Assembly: GCA_013239625.1 (NCBI GenBank)
Contig: MU053881.1
Coordinates: 13,158,879 to 13,222,878, forward strand
Reading direction: 5' to 3'
Source: Lama guanicoe
Taxonomy: Eukaryota
DNA length: 64,000 bases
Shown here: one piece after another, positions 12,424-25,600 of the stretch
How positions within the stretch are numbered: position 1 is the stretch's first letter
Layout of the letters: each line of letters opens with the position of its first letter
Notes under the pieces: model-generated
The model's input: the letters and a program-made list of their open reading frames with translations, nothing else
Databases searched by the model: none
Told to the model about the DNA's origin: nothing
Made by a program: the position numbers and the translations under genes

Positions 12424-15269
12424 CTGTATCTACCTCATATACGCAGCACAATATTTCAGGCTCTAGCTAGCGGATTAAGATATATGTTAAATTAATCTCC
12501 TTCAATTCCATGAATTGTCTTATGCCTCTTTATATAATTTTAGTAGTTTTTAACTTAATTTTTGCCATCAGTAACGCTAAGACCTAGCAATGTTAGTGGA
12601 AGCAGTAATTTACCCATTCATGCATGCATGCTTCCATATGACCCTTTGATTTCTAGCTCTTCCGTCTTTTACAGGCATAGACATCCATGTGCCAAACTAA
12701 GATCCTTCAGCAAAAACAGGAATTAGTTTTCCTGATGTCATGCTGTCACTCTCCGCCGAAGGCCACCAGTTGTGAGGAGTACAAGCCCAGAATGGCAAGT
12801 CACGTTCCTGAGACAGGCCTACAAACCCTAAATCACATTAAGCCCTAATCCCTTACTCTCAGGAGGACACACTGCTGTTCTTTCTGCTCTGTCTACATCT
12901 CTATAAAACCTAATTTCTCCGCATTTTCAAAGATTCAGTTCATATTCAGTCTATTATGTGTCATGTCAGGTCCTGTGCTAGCTGCCAAGGAGATGATAAT
13001 GAAGTTGGATTTTATGGCATTTTATCTGCATTTAGTCATATAAAGGAGAAGCTCTCTCATCTAAGAGTCTGTGGTAGTTCAGTTAATCAGAAGTGATCTT
13101 TTATCAAGTATTAGCACATATGATTTATACAGTGTTTCAAAACACATTTAAACCTAAAGACCTACAAAGTGCACACTTAATCCACCATTAAACAAAAGAG
13201 ACCCAAGGCTCTTCCTTTGAACAAGAGTCTGCCAGTTGGTTATCGAAGTCCCTTTGACATATAGACCCTAAATTTATAGACCACACATCTAAATTCATCC
13301 AGTTTAAAACTATTAAGTGTAAAGCTTGTTTTGATACTTGTCATTTTATAATCATTCTTAATTACCCCACACCTAAATATATGACTTCATATAATAATTG
13401 ATAAATCATTAAAACAGTGGTTAAATATTTATAGACAGATCTGGGCAGAAACTCAACTGATTCTGGGTAGATAATAAATTCCACAGACTTATATAGACAC
13501 ATAATAGAGTAACTCTTGAGTATTCAAATTGCCAAGGACATAAGTCAGTACTTTCAACAGAAGGAATGGAAAGGGCAGCTGTGTAGACTAGTTTCAGTGA
13601 ATTTAAATAAGGAGAGTAAAGAGCTCTGACAGTTTTATAAATATTTGAATAAATAACTGAAATAACTAGGCGTTAAGCTTCTTGAAAGTGAGATTCATAC
13701 CTCATACAACTTTGGATCTAATCTGTATGCCTTGGTACAGATTTTATTTATCAGATATGCCAGGAGATACTAAATGAATAACAAAGTAAGAGCTGAAAAA
13801 CACTTTGGTTAATGAAAACAGTGTTGGATTTCAGTACCATGTTTTAATGGGAATTATTCATCTAAACTAGCTAGTTTCCTTGTTACACAATGCTGTACAA
13901 ATGATCCAATGGAGTTATATAGTGCTTTGCAATTACAAAGTCATGTCTGTATACTTTAATCTCGTTTAATTGTTACATAATGCAATTACATGACATGGTT
14001 CATGAAATAGAATGTTTCAGTTCTTATTTCTGCAGACAGGGAAACCATGCCTCAGGTAGGCTAGAGCTGTGCCCGCATCCAGGCGAGCTGCAGAGACGCC
14101 ATCCGAGCTCAAGTCATCTGGCTCTGCATCCATAGTTCTCCCAGGTCCACCTCTCAGGCTAGAAAGATGGCACCATTCAAGGAGAAGCTACAGCGCGGAG
14201 TGCTGGCAGTCACTTCCTCACCTCTCTGTCGTACAGAGGAGTCTAGTGGGTATAATTTCAGCTTTAGCCACGAAATCACAACACCAGAGTGATGGATTTC
14301 AATACTGCCCTTGGCTGTGATCTATACATTCTCCTAGGCCACAGAAAAGACTCCTGGGGAACTGAGCGCAGACTCAAAAGCTGGATGCACACCAAATGAC
14401 TGTCAAAACTAGAGCTACAGACAGATCAGATTTGTCTGTATGCAAAGCTCCCGCTGGTACTTCCATGGGCTAAAAATTGAGTGTAAAAGACGGGGAAAGA
14501 CAAGCAGACACCAGACAGCATCTCCCTCGACATTAAGCTGGCGCAGCTACAGGAAACGCCGCACTGGCTGGCACGTTAGCAACGGCTTCCTGAGCAAACT
14601 CTCGTCCTCTGAGGGCAGGGCTGGCAGTTGGTCTCATCAGACACCTCTCTCCCACCACCCTGGTCGGGGAGGCACCAGGCACTGCGGGCACTGGGGTGAG
14701 CATCCTGGCTGGCGGAAAGAGGGGCGAGTGGAGGTGGGTGACTCGCAAAAATCAGCCCCTGAACTAGTCACAGTTAAGAATGACAGAAGCACTTAAACTG
14801 GAGAGTGACTGTACCAGTACTTCCAAATTATATTTCAAACACATACTAAGGTAATTTAAGCGTGTGAGATATTTTTAGGATAATGGTTTCCTCATTCAGA
14901 AGAAAAAACAAAAGAGTGAGGATGATATACTTCTGAAGCCTATATGCCTTAATGTGCCCCAGTGTAGGAAAGAGTACGGATCTGTGTGGTGCTTCATCAA
15001 GCCTGTCGCCTGGACAGTCATGGAAGAATTACTTAAAAGTCAGTTATATCTGGCTCCTTGCGATTCCACTGGACTGTGATCTGACTGAGGGCAAGGACCA
15101 TATCTGATTGATCGTCTGGAACCCCGTTAATGGTGCTTGGAATGTAGGAGGCCCTGCGTAGATGACTAACCAGCCGAACTTAGCTGACCTGAAAGAAAGG
15201 AGCTAATCAGAGCTTCGCGCCACCCTAGGGAGAGTCTAGCAGCGTTGCACAGACATACACAGGCAGGCT

Positions 15270-15425
15270 TTGTGGTCTGGACTGAGTTCAAATCCTGGCT
15301 CTTCCACTCACTAGCCATGTCACCTTGGGCAAGTTATTTATCCTTTCTGAGCCTGGATTCTTTCACATGTGCAATGGCTGTATTAATATTCTCTGCATGG
15401 GCTAATTGAGAGGATAAAGAACATT
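15270..15425. mobile_element. MIR SINE
   Basis: ctgagttcaaatcctggctcttccactcactagccatgtcaccttgggcaagttatttatcctttctgagcct. Confidence 0.8.
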
Positions 15426-17684
15426 GCTACTAGGAGTCAATTATTTCAATAGCAAAACAAAAAGTCTTTTTGGATTTCTTTTAACTTTTCCCCCAAAGTG
15501 AGGTATATTTTTTTAAGCATGTGAGCCAATTAAAAGAAAACGGTGAAGAAACCATCTCTCTATCCAGTATGTGTAGAGTGGGTTTATCCACTAATTGGCA
15601 TGAATTCCCTAATCCAAACTGAGCTGCTATTCCTAGAGTTGGTGAAATTCAGCGGTAAATAAGCCTGTAAGAAGTAAGGAAGCTGACACATTCCAGGTGC
15701 CTGACAGGTAACCGCTACAATTTTTCTTTTCAGGAGTGAACGCGTGGTGAGGGAACAGCCTTTGGGAGAAGCCTTAGTAGCGTTTCGGCAGGTGCCTTCC
15801 AGGCATGCTGGCCTCAACTTAACAGTGGTTTCTAAAGTAAATTTTAACTGCAGAGTCATTTTTCCTCTTCCTCTTCATCCTCTATTCCTCACCAAAGGCA
15901 TCCTTGTAAGGAATCTTACAGAGCAGAGTATTTCAGAACCTGGGAACTGGGGCCTCTTCAGACTGATTTCAGATGCCCCGTTTCTCTCCTTGTCTGAGGG
16001 GGTTGGACTAGTCACTTAATTTCCTTAAGTTGCAGTTTTCGTATCTCTGAAAGGAGGGTAGTCCTTAGATCTGCTTTGAGGTTTTTATGGGGATCGAAAG
16101 AGAGAAGTTATAGAAATTTTGCCAAAGGCACTTTGTTGCACATAGTATGTTTTCAATAAATAAATCACATTATTATAACACTGAATAACGGTGATGTCTT
16201 AAAAAATACAAAATACAGCAATTATCTTCAGAGAAATGTTCAAGGAAGCTATTAGTTTTCAAGACATACACGTTGATTTCTTTCCGTCCCAAGCAGAACA
16301 GAGACCAGCCCTCATGCAGAGCTTTGCCATTTTCCTTGCATGTCCACTTAAGAGGCATGAGACTGCACTGGATGTTTTGAAATGAAAGGATAATTCTCTT
16401 AAAATTTGTTTCCGAAACTCCACGTGAATTCTAATTTCAAAATGTTTTCCATCCTACATTCCTCACCTAAAAGTTTAACTTTCGATTCCCAGGAAACTTA
16501 AAGGAACTGAGTTTAGCCTGCCCTTCTTTCCCACGAATTCCCCCAAAACCTCAAAACTGACCAATGCCATAGGCCCCGTACTGGCTTTAGGTGAAAATGC
16601 ATCCATTCCAAATTCCATCTTCCTCTGTCTTCCTCCGAGTCTAACTCCCTTTGTCCTTTCATTTCCACATTTAGCCTTGATCTTTTAATAGCAGTTTTCC
16701 CACCAAGGTGGGGGGGAGTGGATATTTGCCTCTGTGTTGCTTTAGTAATATCCTTGATTTTTATCAACTTGTCATCCTTATTAAATCCTGATGACAAAAT
16801 CTGATCACGGGAACCCAGGCTGAGAAGCAGGAAACTGAGTCACATGCCCAGCCTTGCTTCCTCTGGAGCTGGGATAAATGATTCTTTTTTTTTTCAGGTC
16901 TCAGTTTCCTCACTGGCACAAAGATATACATGTATCTCTGAACTCCAAGGCATGACTTCAGAACTTCAGATCTAAAGGGGCCTTATGGGTAATTATTGAA
17001 GCAACGATGGTGAGGCTGCGCGTAAACACTGCACTAGAACGTGTCATAAAGCATTTTCACATCCGTTCTCTCCATAGCTTTCTGAGAAAGGACTCCAGCT
17101 CACGTCATGTGCATCTCACTGACGAGAAACTGACACACAAAGGGATGTGATCAAGGATTTAAGGCAGCAAGTTAGAGGCAGTCCTGGAAGTGGAACCTGG
17201 CTTTCCAGACTCTATAGTTTTCCTTTCACCACTCCATGTTATTTCAGCTAACACAGTACAGTTACAGACACTATCCAAGATGCCACATGTCACTAATTCC
17301 TCAGAAAGCACTGATTGCTGACATCTGCCATCACATCCCTCTTGATGTTTACTTTTCGTCTTTCTGTTTTACTTCAATATCTGATGCAAGAGAGAGGACC
17401 TGCCGAAGTAAACTTGTGAGTTACAGAACTTAACAGACAGGCTTGAATGAGATCTGGGAACCAATTCTTAGATGCTTCATTTCCTGTGAATCTAGCTGGC
17501 AAGCCATTTCACGTCTCTGGACTTTATTTTATTTTATTTTAATCTAGGAAATAAGGAAGCTTGACTGGGCAAGTCCAGGGTCTCCCTGACGTGTGTGCTT
17601 TTGTCTATAACTATGGCATAGAATACTGTTAGTAACGTGGAGTGAAAAATAATGAACTCCTCTGATACATCCAGCAAGTGTAAG

Positions 17685-17687
<3 letters not shown>

Positions 17688-17724
<37 letters not shown>
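17688..17724. repeat. (GT)n microsatellite
   Basis: About 18 GT units. Source of the spurious THTHTH ORF. Confidence 0.95.
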
Positions 17725-17726
<2 letters not shown>

Positions 17727-18059
17727 ACTCCAAGCTAGTCCTGGTCAGTCAGTAAGTCAACTTAATACCCCTTTCCCAAATCCTTAAGCACATTTCTTCC
17801 AAAGCCACGTTATGGAACAGCTATTAAAAGAGCACGCCCGCTCCCTCTTCTTCTGACCCTTTCAGACACCACCAGCTTTCTTCCTTCTCTTTGGTCTAAG
17901 TTGAAGGTTACAAAGCAAGCAGGAGTGGATCATCACATCCGTCACTGCCTTCTACAGACTTTCAGTAAATTCTGATAAGTCAGTCTTCTTTCCTCAGAGT
18001 CATTAAATATGCCTGGCATTTTCATGTGGAAACATTTCTTTTTTAACTTTAAAGTTAGA

Positions 18060-19822
18060 GGGAGAGGAGCCAAGATGGCAGAGTGGAGAGACTCACAGCT
18101 CGCCCCCTCCCACAAAAACACCAAGAACTGCATCTGCAGCCCCACTGAATCACACAGAACACCCACTGAACTCTGGCAGAGTGTCTCTCACTTCGAAATC
18201 CAGGAGGATTCTTACGAAATCCGGTAGGAGAAAAAAGAAAATCAGTGTGGGGCCGGTCCTGCGGGGAGGGAGAGGCGAAGAAAGAAAGGCGCCCTCACAG
18301 TGGGACATCCCCTCTCCAGCCCGGGGGGCGGGGGGGGGTCAGAGGGGTCAGGGGCAGAGCCTCCGAGGCTCAGAGGAGAGAGTGGCAGCCGCGTGGCAGA
18401 CAGACCTAAGAGAAAGTGGCACGGAGGGTCCCTGCGATCCCCAGCGCTAGACGCGAGCTGGCGGGGAGAAGCTGGGACCGGAGGCTGGAGTTGGGTGAGG
18501 AGCCCGGGGAGAGGGCAGGAGCCCACCGCACAGAGGCAGCCTCAGGAGGCTGGAGGGCGGTATGAGGTCTGGCAGGGGGAGCCTGCAGAACCGAACAGCC
18601 TGAGAACCCCAGGAAAAAGCACCACTGCTGGAGGGCGTGGGGCGGAGGGGCGCAACGCTCGGCTCCACTGTTGGTGTGTTCTCAGGAGAAGAGAGGTGGC
18701 GCTGGTCACAGCCATCACTGCTGGCAGAGGCGGGGCTGGAAGCTGAATCCACACCCAGGGGCCCTGCAGCTCTCCGGGGGACTGAGATTTGTTCACAGCC
18801 CCAGGCAGAGAGGGTGGATTTGCTCGCCTGGTGCCTTTGAGGACCCAGCCTCCGGGACAAACAGGCGGGGTTGCGGCGCACAGCGGGGGCGAGGCCGGGC
18901 ACCAGGCGGTACGCGGAGGCGGCGCTGGGGTCTGCGCGGCCGCTGCGGCGGGGCCTGGCACCTGGCACTGGCCGAGCTGCGCTGGTGGTTCAGGGGGCCC
19001 AGAACCTGGGGACACCGCAGCCCACAGCGGGCGGCCGACATTCCCACATCTAAGGCGGGACAGTGCAGCGCCAACAAAGAGTACTTTCTGAGCCCGCATA
19101 GCAAGTGACAGGCAACACCACAGAGGGCGCCTCCCGGTAGACATCTCCTGTGGAGGTACACTCGGCGGCTTCTTCCCAGCTGAAGCGCTCCCACCCTGCC
19201 CACCACACACTGCAGCTCAGACACAGGTCTAGAAGCCTCTATTCCAGCAACAGGGGAGCCGACCTGTCAAGGCTGTGACAACCACAGAACAAAAAAGGAG
19301 GCCTCGCAAAACAACAAGGGTCAGGGCAGGCGCCAATCACAACACCAACCACACCCCTAATCAAAGGGATACCAGCCAACACACATGGAAGAGAGAGGTG
19401 GCAGCCATCCACACTAAGAACAGCCCTCACAACAAAACTGTCAGACTCACAGTCCACATAGGAAGGCTTACACTTAGATGTGGAACCTAAAACAAAAAGA
19501 AGGAAAAAGAAACAAACAAACTTGTTTACAAAACAGAAACAGACTCACTTATGGTTACCAGGAAGGGAAGGGGATGGGAAGGGGTAGGTTGGGGGTTCCA
19601 GATTTGCAGACACTAACTACTATATATAAAAATAGATAAACCAGTTCATGCTGTAGAGCATAGGGAACTATATTCAATATCTTGTAGTGACCTATGGTGA
19701 AAAAGAATATGGAAACAAATACATGTATGTTCATGTATGACTGAAGCATTGTGCTGTACACCAGAAACTGACACAACATTGCAAACTGACTTCAGTAAAA
19801 ATATATATAGACCAAAAAAAGA
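18060..19822 (+). mobile_element. ORF-less L1 derivative: about 1.4-kb GC/CpG-rich L1 5'UTR fused to an about 350-bp L1 3'UTR with A-tail
   Basis: Starts ggagaggagccaagatggc (L1 5' end with YY1 core). GC-rich UTR runs to about 19460, then cacttagatgtggaacctaa...acagactcac...gggaactatattcaatatcttgtag...gactgaagcattgtgctgtacaccagaa...A-tail, closely matching the 3'UTR at 22150-22507. Confidence 0.88.
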
Positions 19823-20479
19823 GAGAAAGGGAAAAATACAATTATAGTATGATCACATTGTCATCTCTTTCCAAAACTGGTCACAATTCCCTCAGCATTT
19901 TCAGACAGTTACCTCCGCTAAGGCTCATAGTAGCTCTGGCAAGGCAATTATGTTCTCCCATTTTGCAGATAAGCAAAGCGAGTTCGAAGAGGTTAAATGA
20001 CTTATCTAGATATATGCGCCTATGAATAAGGTCAGCTAGGACTGAAAGCCAGGTCTTCTCACCCCAGCTAAGTATTTTCTTCCCTTCAAATTTTACTGAA
20101 AGTGATGTTTTACTAGTATCCATGTAATTTTACCCAGAGTTTTCCTTTGAGTCACAGATAATACTTCTAGTATTAGGAAGCAATTTAACTAGCCTTATTC
20201 AAGACACTGCTATTACTTCTTTATTCTTCTCTTTGTAAAAAGAAAACTGGACACATCAGGTTAGTCAGTTATGACATTCTGAATATTGCCATCAACTCAA
20301 AGAGCAGAACATATCAGGTTGGTACAATGCACAATCTCATGAGGTACCTTGAACATGTATTCTTTATGACGTATTACACACACACACCTCTATTCATATG
20401 AACAGCCTTCTTCCTTAATGAATAAAAGGAAGTCACTACTTCTTACAAATGAGGCCCAACAAAAATGTTATGGCCCAGT

Positions 20480-20635
20480 CTCAGAGCACAGGTTCAGATC
20501 CTGGCTTTGTCACTTACTGGCTATGTGATCATGGAAACAACAAAATCTACCTTCTAAAGTTGCTGCAGGTTAACGTAAATCCTGTAAATTGCTTAGCACA
20601 GTGCCCGGCGTATGTGTAATGCCCAGTGAAAGCTG
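20480..20635. mobile_element. MIR SINE
   Basis: ggttcagatcctggctttgtcacttactggctatgtgatc...gcttagcacagtgcccggc. Confidence 0.7.
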
Positions 20636-21779
20636 GTGTTAATGTATGTATCACCATCATCTCAGCATCCACCCTGTTTATCTCTACGTAGGAGAATAGT
20701 GGCAGATTTTTAGGACCCAAGTATCTCCTACTCCTCACTAATTCAGTGTCAGCCAGCGAAATGAGAATGTCTGTTTATCAGCTTAGTCTTGGGTCGTGTC
20801 CAGGGTACAGCGGCTTGAGGACACAGATGCTCCTTGATTAGTTCTAATTCTGCCAATAATCAGCCACGTGAACATGTTTTACATTATGAGCAGCACTGCA
20901 TTTCATGTACCTCATCTCTTAAAACAGAGGGACAAAATTAAGAATGTTTCATAGAGGAAAGGGTTAAAATTCAAGCTCATTGTTGAGTCAACGAAAGAAA
21001 GCATGTAAATGTTTTACTTAAAACCACTCTTTGAACTCTTTTCTTACACAGAACTGTTAGAGATATTAAGGATTTGTTTCCATGTAAAAAGTAACAATAA
21101 TCAAGAAAGCTTGGCCTTTTCATTATTTTGTAACCACTTATTATTAAATCACGTTCAATTACTTCCGCCTCCCGACAAGAGGACGACTCTGGTTTATTGT
21201 TTCTCACAAGTTACCACTGCCTAATATCTGTAAAATTGAATTTAGTATGGAACCAATATTTACAGACTTGTTTTCTATGATAATTAATAAAGCTGTCCCA
21301 GCAGTACAGCCTGGGAAATCTTGCCCAGGTTTATAAAATGTGACAGTTCCCGTCACTCTGATAATTTCCATGTTAATATTGTGTCTTCCTACCTGCTCCT
21401 CCTGAAGCCAATTTTACGTGAATAGGACATCATGGCTCTGGTCATTGACAAAGTAAAGCAAGCTTGACTCATACCATTCTTTTTTTTTTTTTTTTTAAGG
21501 ATAATTCTCAGAGTGAGAGAAAATCTTATGCCCAGGCTCTGTTTTCTTTGAGAGCAAGTCATTCCTTTCCCTTGTTGGGGGTGACTTTTTCTGACATATG
21601 ATCCTGAGCTACACGAATATATGTGGCCAGTTAGGCAGGCCATGTATAGCATGAAGGACTATACTAATGGCAAATTTTGATTATAGTTTTATAATTTTAA
21701 ACATTTGCTATCTTTTTCTACCAAGGCCATCCCTACAGAGGCCTTCACTGCAGGCCCTTTGTGTAACAGAAGCATGCAT

Positions 21780-22620
21780 CCCACCTTATAAACATCAAAC
21801 TTACTCATGCAACTTGCTTTGGCAAATAGACCAAATGGGTTCCTCTATCAAAGCAGAAGCTTTAAGAATCATTTTACTTTTTTATCATTTCCCCCTTTAA
21901 CCATGAGAATGGCATGCCACAGAATAGAAAAGTACACAGGGAACTAGCCAATAGCCAAGGCATGGAAACAACCTAAATGTCCATTGACAGATGACTGGAT
22001 AAAGAAGCTGTGGTAGATTTATACAATGGAGTACTACTCAGCCATAAAAAATAATAAAATAATGCCATTTGCAGCAACATGGATGGACCTGGAAATTGTC
22101 ATTCTAAGTGGAGTAAGCCAGAAAGAGAAAGGAAAATACCGTATGATATCAGAATTAGATGTAGAATCTAAAAAAAAAAAAAAGAAGTCAAATGTATTTA
22201 AAGAACAGGAATAGACTCACAGACATAGAAAACAAATTTATGGTTACCAGGAGCAGAAGGGGTGGGAAGGGATAAACTGGGAGTTCGAGATTTGCAGATA
22301 CTAATATATATAAAATAGATAAACAAGAAGTTTATACTATATAGCACAGGGAACTATATTCAATATCTTGTAGTAACTTTCGGTGACAAAGAATATGAAA
22401 ATGAATATATGTATGTTCATGTATGACTGAAGCATTGTGCTGTACACCAGAAATTGACACATTATAAACTGACTATACTACAATAAATATATATATATAC
22501 AAAAAAAGCACATGGGAAAGAGTAATAGATACAATATATTTATATATATATGGTTTTAAACCACTGAGATTTGAGGGCTGTTTTCTACCATAGCACAGTC
22601 TAGCTTAACCTGACAGATAG
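21780..22620 (+). mobile_element. MLT1-like LTR remnant split by an L1 insertion
   Basis: gcaacttgctttggcaaa...gcagaagctttaagaatc before the L1; gttttaaaccactgagatttgagggctgttt...ctagcttaacctgacagata after it. Confidence 0.65.
21949..22507 (+). mobile_element. Young 5'-truncated L1 (end of ORF2 plus 3'UTR)
   Basis: Peptide MEYYSAIKNNKIMPFAATWMDLEIVILS. Imperfect TSD aaaagtacacagggaa (21928-21943) / aaaagcacatgggaa (22504-22518). Confidence 0.95.
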
Positions 22621-25600
22621 TCTGATTCTGCCTTACTTGTATGCAATCAACTTTTGATAAACAGATGACAGATACATAGATGCCATAACAATAAAGAGAA
22701 AACAAATGATACACCAGATTTAAAAAATATGGCCAAGGACAAGTCTTTCTGCAAACTCAAATTCAGAAACAGCTTCGGTCATCACTGGACTGGAAAATCA
22801 GCCTCTCGGTCAGGAAACATGGGTGTCTGCTTAGTAACTTACTCTGCGGTCTTGGAAAAGACCTTTACCCCATCTGGGTACTTTTTTACAAGATCAGTCG
22901 TACATCATAATCTCACCCGGGAAATGAACATCACCTCATAGAATTACCGTGGAAAGTGAGTGAGATGATGTATGTATCAAGAGCTGGCAAGAGCTACCAC
23001 GTTGTGTTATTATGATTTAGAGATGGCAGTGTCAGTACTATTTTGATGGACTGCCGATTCACAGCACTTACACGTCAGTGAAATTTACATAATTAAAAAT
23101 AAAATAAGTTCAGGCTGTACTATGCACTCTTGATTCCAAGTGACCTTTCTGAGGGTACCAGGTGTCTGCTCTTTCTCCCCTGTGAAAGCCACGGCACAGC
23201 CAATGTCCTATCTTCGCCGTCTCCCAGTTCCTCATTCACAATGAATTCAATGCAATTCCACCCTCACTCCTCACACCCACAGTGGGCCTATTTTTTCCAG
23301 GCCAAGTTCATTTTTTCAGACTTTAACTGATTTACCAACCATCTCTATGGCAATGCTCTGGCCTCTTGCCCCACAGTTGCTACTAGAGTTCTCTATACTT
23401 GGCAGATAAAATAGATCTATATTTTTCTGAGTTTTACAGAATAAGAGAACATGAAGAAATTTCTGTGAAGAACTCATGTGAACATAGAAAACCCCCATTC
23501 CAGCAGAAGTTTGCTTCATGACAGAGCTGCTAAATATCAGGAAATAACAGAAGAGCGTATTAGGGTTGAAAAGGACCTTCACACTTAATCTATACAGATT
23601 TTTTACTTTGAAATGAAGACATTGAAGGCCGAAAGAGGAAATGACTTGCTCAAGGTCATTCAACTATACGTTAGCACAGCCACAAAGGCAACTCTTAAAA
23701 GGAATCGAAGTTTTTTTTGTGCTATATCCAGCTGTCTCATTTTTGCAAAGAAAATGAAAGAAAAAATGTTCATTGGCTATACAAGACTGCTTGCTAATCA
23801 GTAACATGCAGGGAAACTGCAACACAGCTTTTAGCTGCTTAGATGTGAGCTGGAAAAAAAAAGAAAGAAAAATACAGAGGAGACTAGACGCACAGATGTC
23901 CGCATACAGGACTTCACAACTCTTTATTTAAGATCCATCTTCCGCGAAAGCGGGTGGTAGAGATAAACTGAATCAACTTTAAATCAATTTGCATTGCATA
24001 TGCTACATACTTATGATAAACAAACCCAGGTGTAGACTGTAAAAAGCAAGTGAAACCTAGGCTGGGCAGGTTCTGGCACTTCTCTGCAACTTACTACCTA
24101 TTTTCAGGCAAACTCTGGTTGAGTAATAGTTTTCACCTTCATTTCTTACAGTGTTGTTTTACAGACAGAAATTCCCTCTGCCTATTAAACGTAAATGAAT
24201 ATTCTTTATTTCCAGAGATACATATTTGCTCTCATTTGGGAACTGATTATCCTTCATTTTCCCCTATTTTGATTGAGATAGAAATACACTTAGTTTTCTA
24301 AAATAAGGAACAGTAATTCAAGAAATTCATATAGCCCTGGGGGTGGCAGGAATTTTAGTCAAGGAGACTGTGTGCCTCCCCATTTGGACAGGTAAGAATT
24401 CAGTTCTACCTAATCGTTTTCAAATGCAAATATACAACCCAGATATTTAAGATGTAAACATGCTGCAGATTTTCCTCTGAAATTCCTCAATTGTTCAGTG
24501 TTGACTGAAATAAATAAAATCGAAATTTATCCATTTCTAATGATCTGTGGTCTAGGCTGGAGTTAGGCAACTGGCTACCAATTTACAGTGATCTTACCTC
24601 TTGGGAACAATTACCCGTAAGTAAAATTACAGTTAGCCTTGAGCTTTGATACTTAGTCCTAAAATTTTTATTTTTCCATCAATCTAATTTTACTCTCAGG
24701 CACTAATACTGGCAACAAGAAGTCACCAACTAAGAAAATGTCATCATTAGGTGGTTATAATTAGTGATCGTGATTGCATTCTCTCTAGCAAGGCGCTATG
24801 AGACAGCTCATGAATTGCACATTGTCTTTTATGTTACAGAGCTCTTCACCATCCAGTGAACAATAGAAATAATAATGATGAAAACCAAGGTGCATGGTGC
24901 CGTAAGTCATATGAGAGCAGGCAGATTAGAAATCGTGTTTGGAAACTATTCCAGTAAACTGGGTTATCTACACCAAAGTTTGCATCTCATCAGAAATGTC
25001 ATTTATTGCACGTCAGTATTCATAAGTAAAGATATCATCTTATACAGCTGATAAGAGAAATGCTTATGAAAAAAGGAATTAGGTTTGTGGCGGGTATGGG
25101 AGAAAAACTATCACCTTAGAGAAAATGCTATTTTTTAGTATTTCTTTTTGTCATTGTTCTGAGAGATGATGTGTGACAAGGAGTAGTTATTTTGGGGTGC
25201 ATAAATCGGGAGACAAATGTGAAAAATTAAACATTGATGATGTGGTTTATATCTTAAATGTGAAGCATTGGCAATTTCTTGAATAGCAGAGGTATCCATA
25301 TAGAAATGTAAACAAAAAAAATATGAGTCGTGTTTAACACATTTGCTGATTCTCTAGTTCCTGGGCTTTTCTGATCTCTTTCTGCCCTTCTGGAATGGAC
25401 TACGAAGACTAGTGGTTCTTCATTTTCTAAACGAAATAGATTACAGGAGTGGCAGGTGAGAATGGTACACGAATCCCGGTCAGCCCCAGCTTGAATACCC
25501 AGGAAATCCATTTCTGGATTATTACGCACTGCAGTGTGCTGTAACCATCCTAATAACCTCCTTTTGAAGAAAAGAAGGTTACATTTAAAAAACAACACAT

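Noticed and set aside
18181..19224. Many overlapping ORFs of 100-222 aa on both strands
   Set aside because: Result of stop-codon scarcity in a GC-rich L1 5'UTR; low-complexity G/R/A/P peptides with no recognisable domain.
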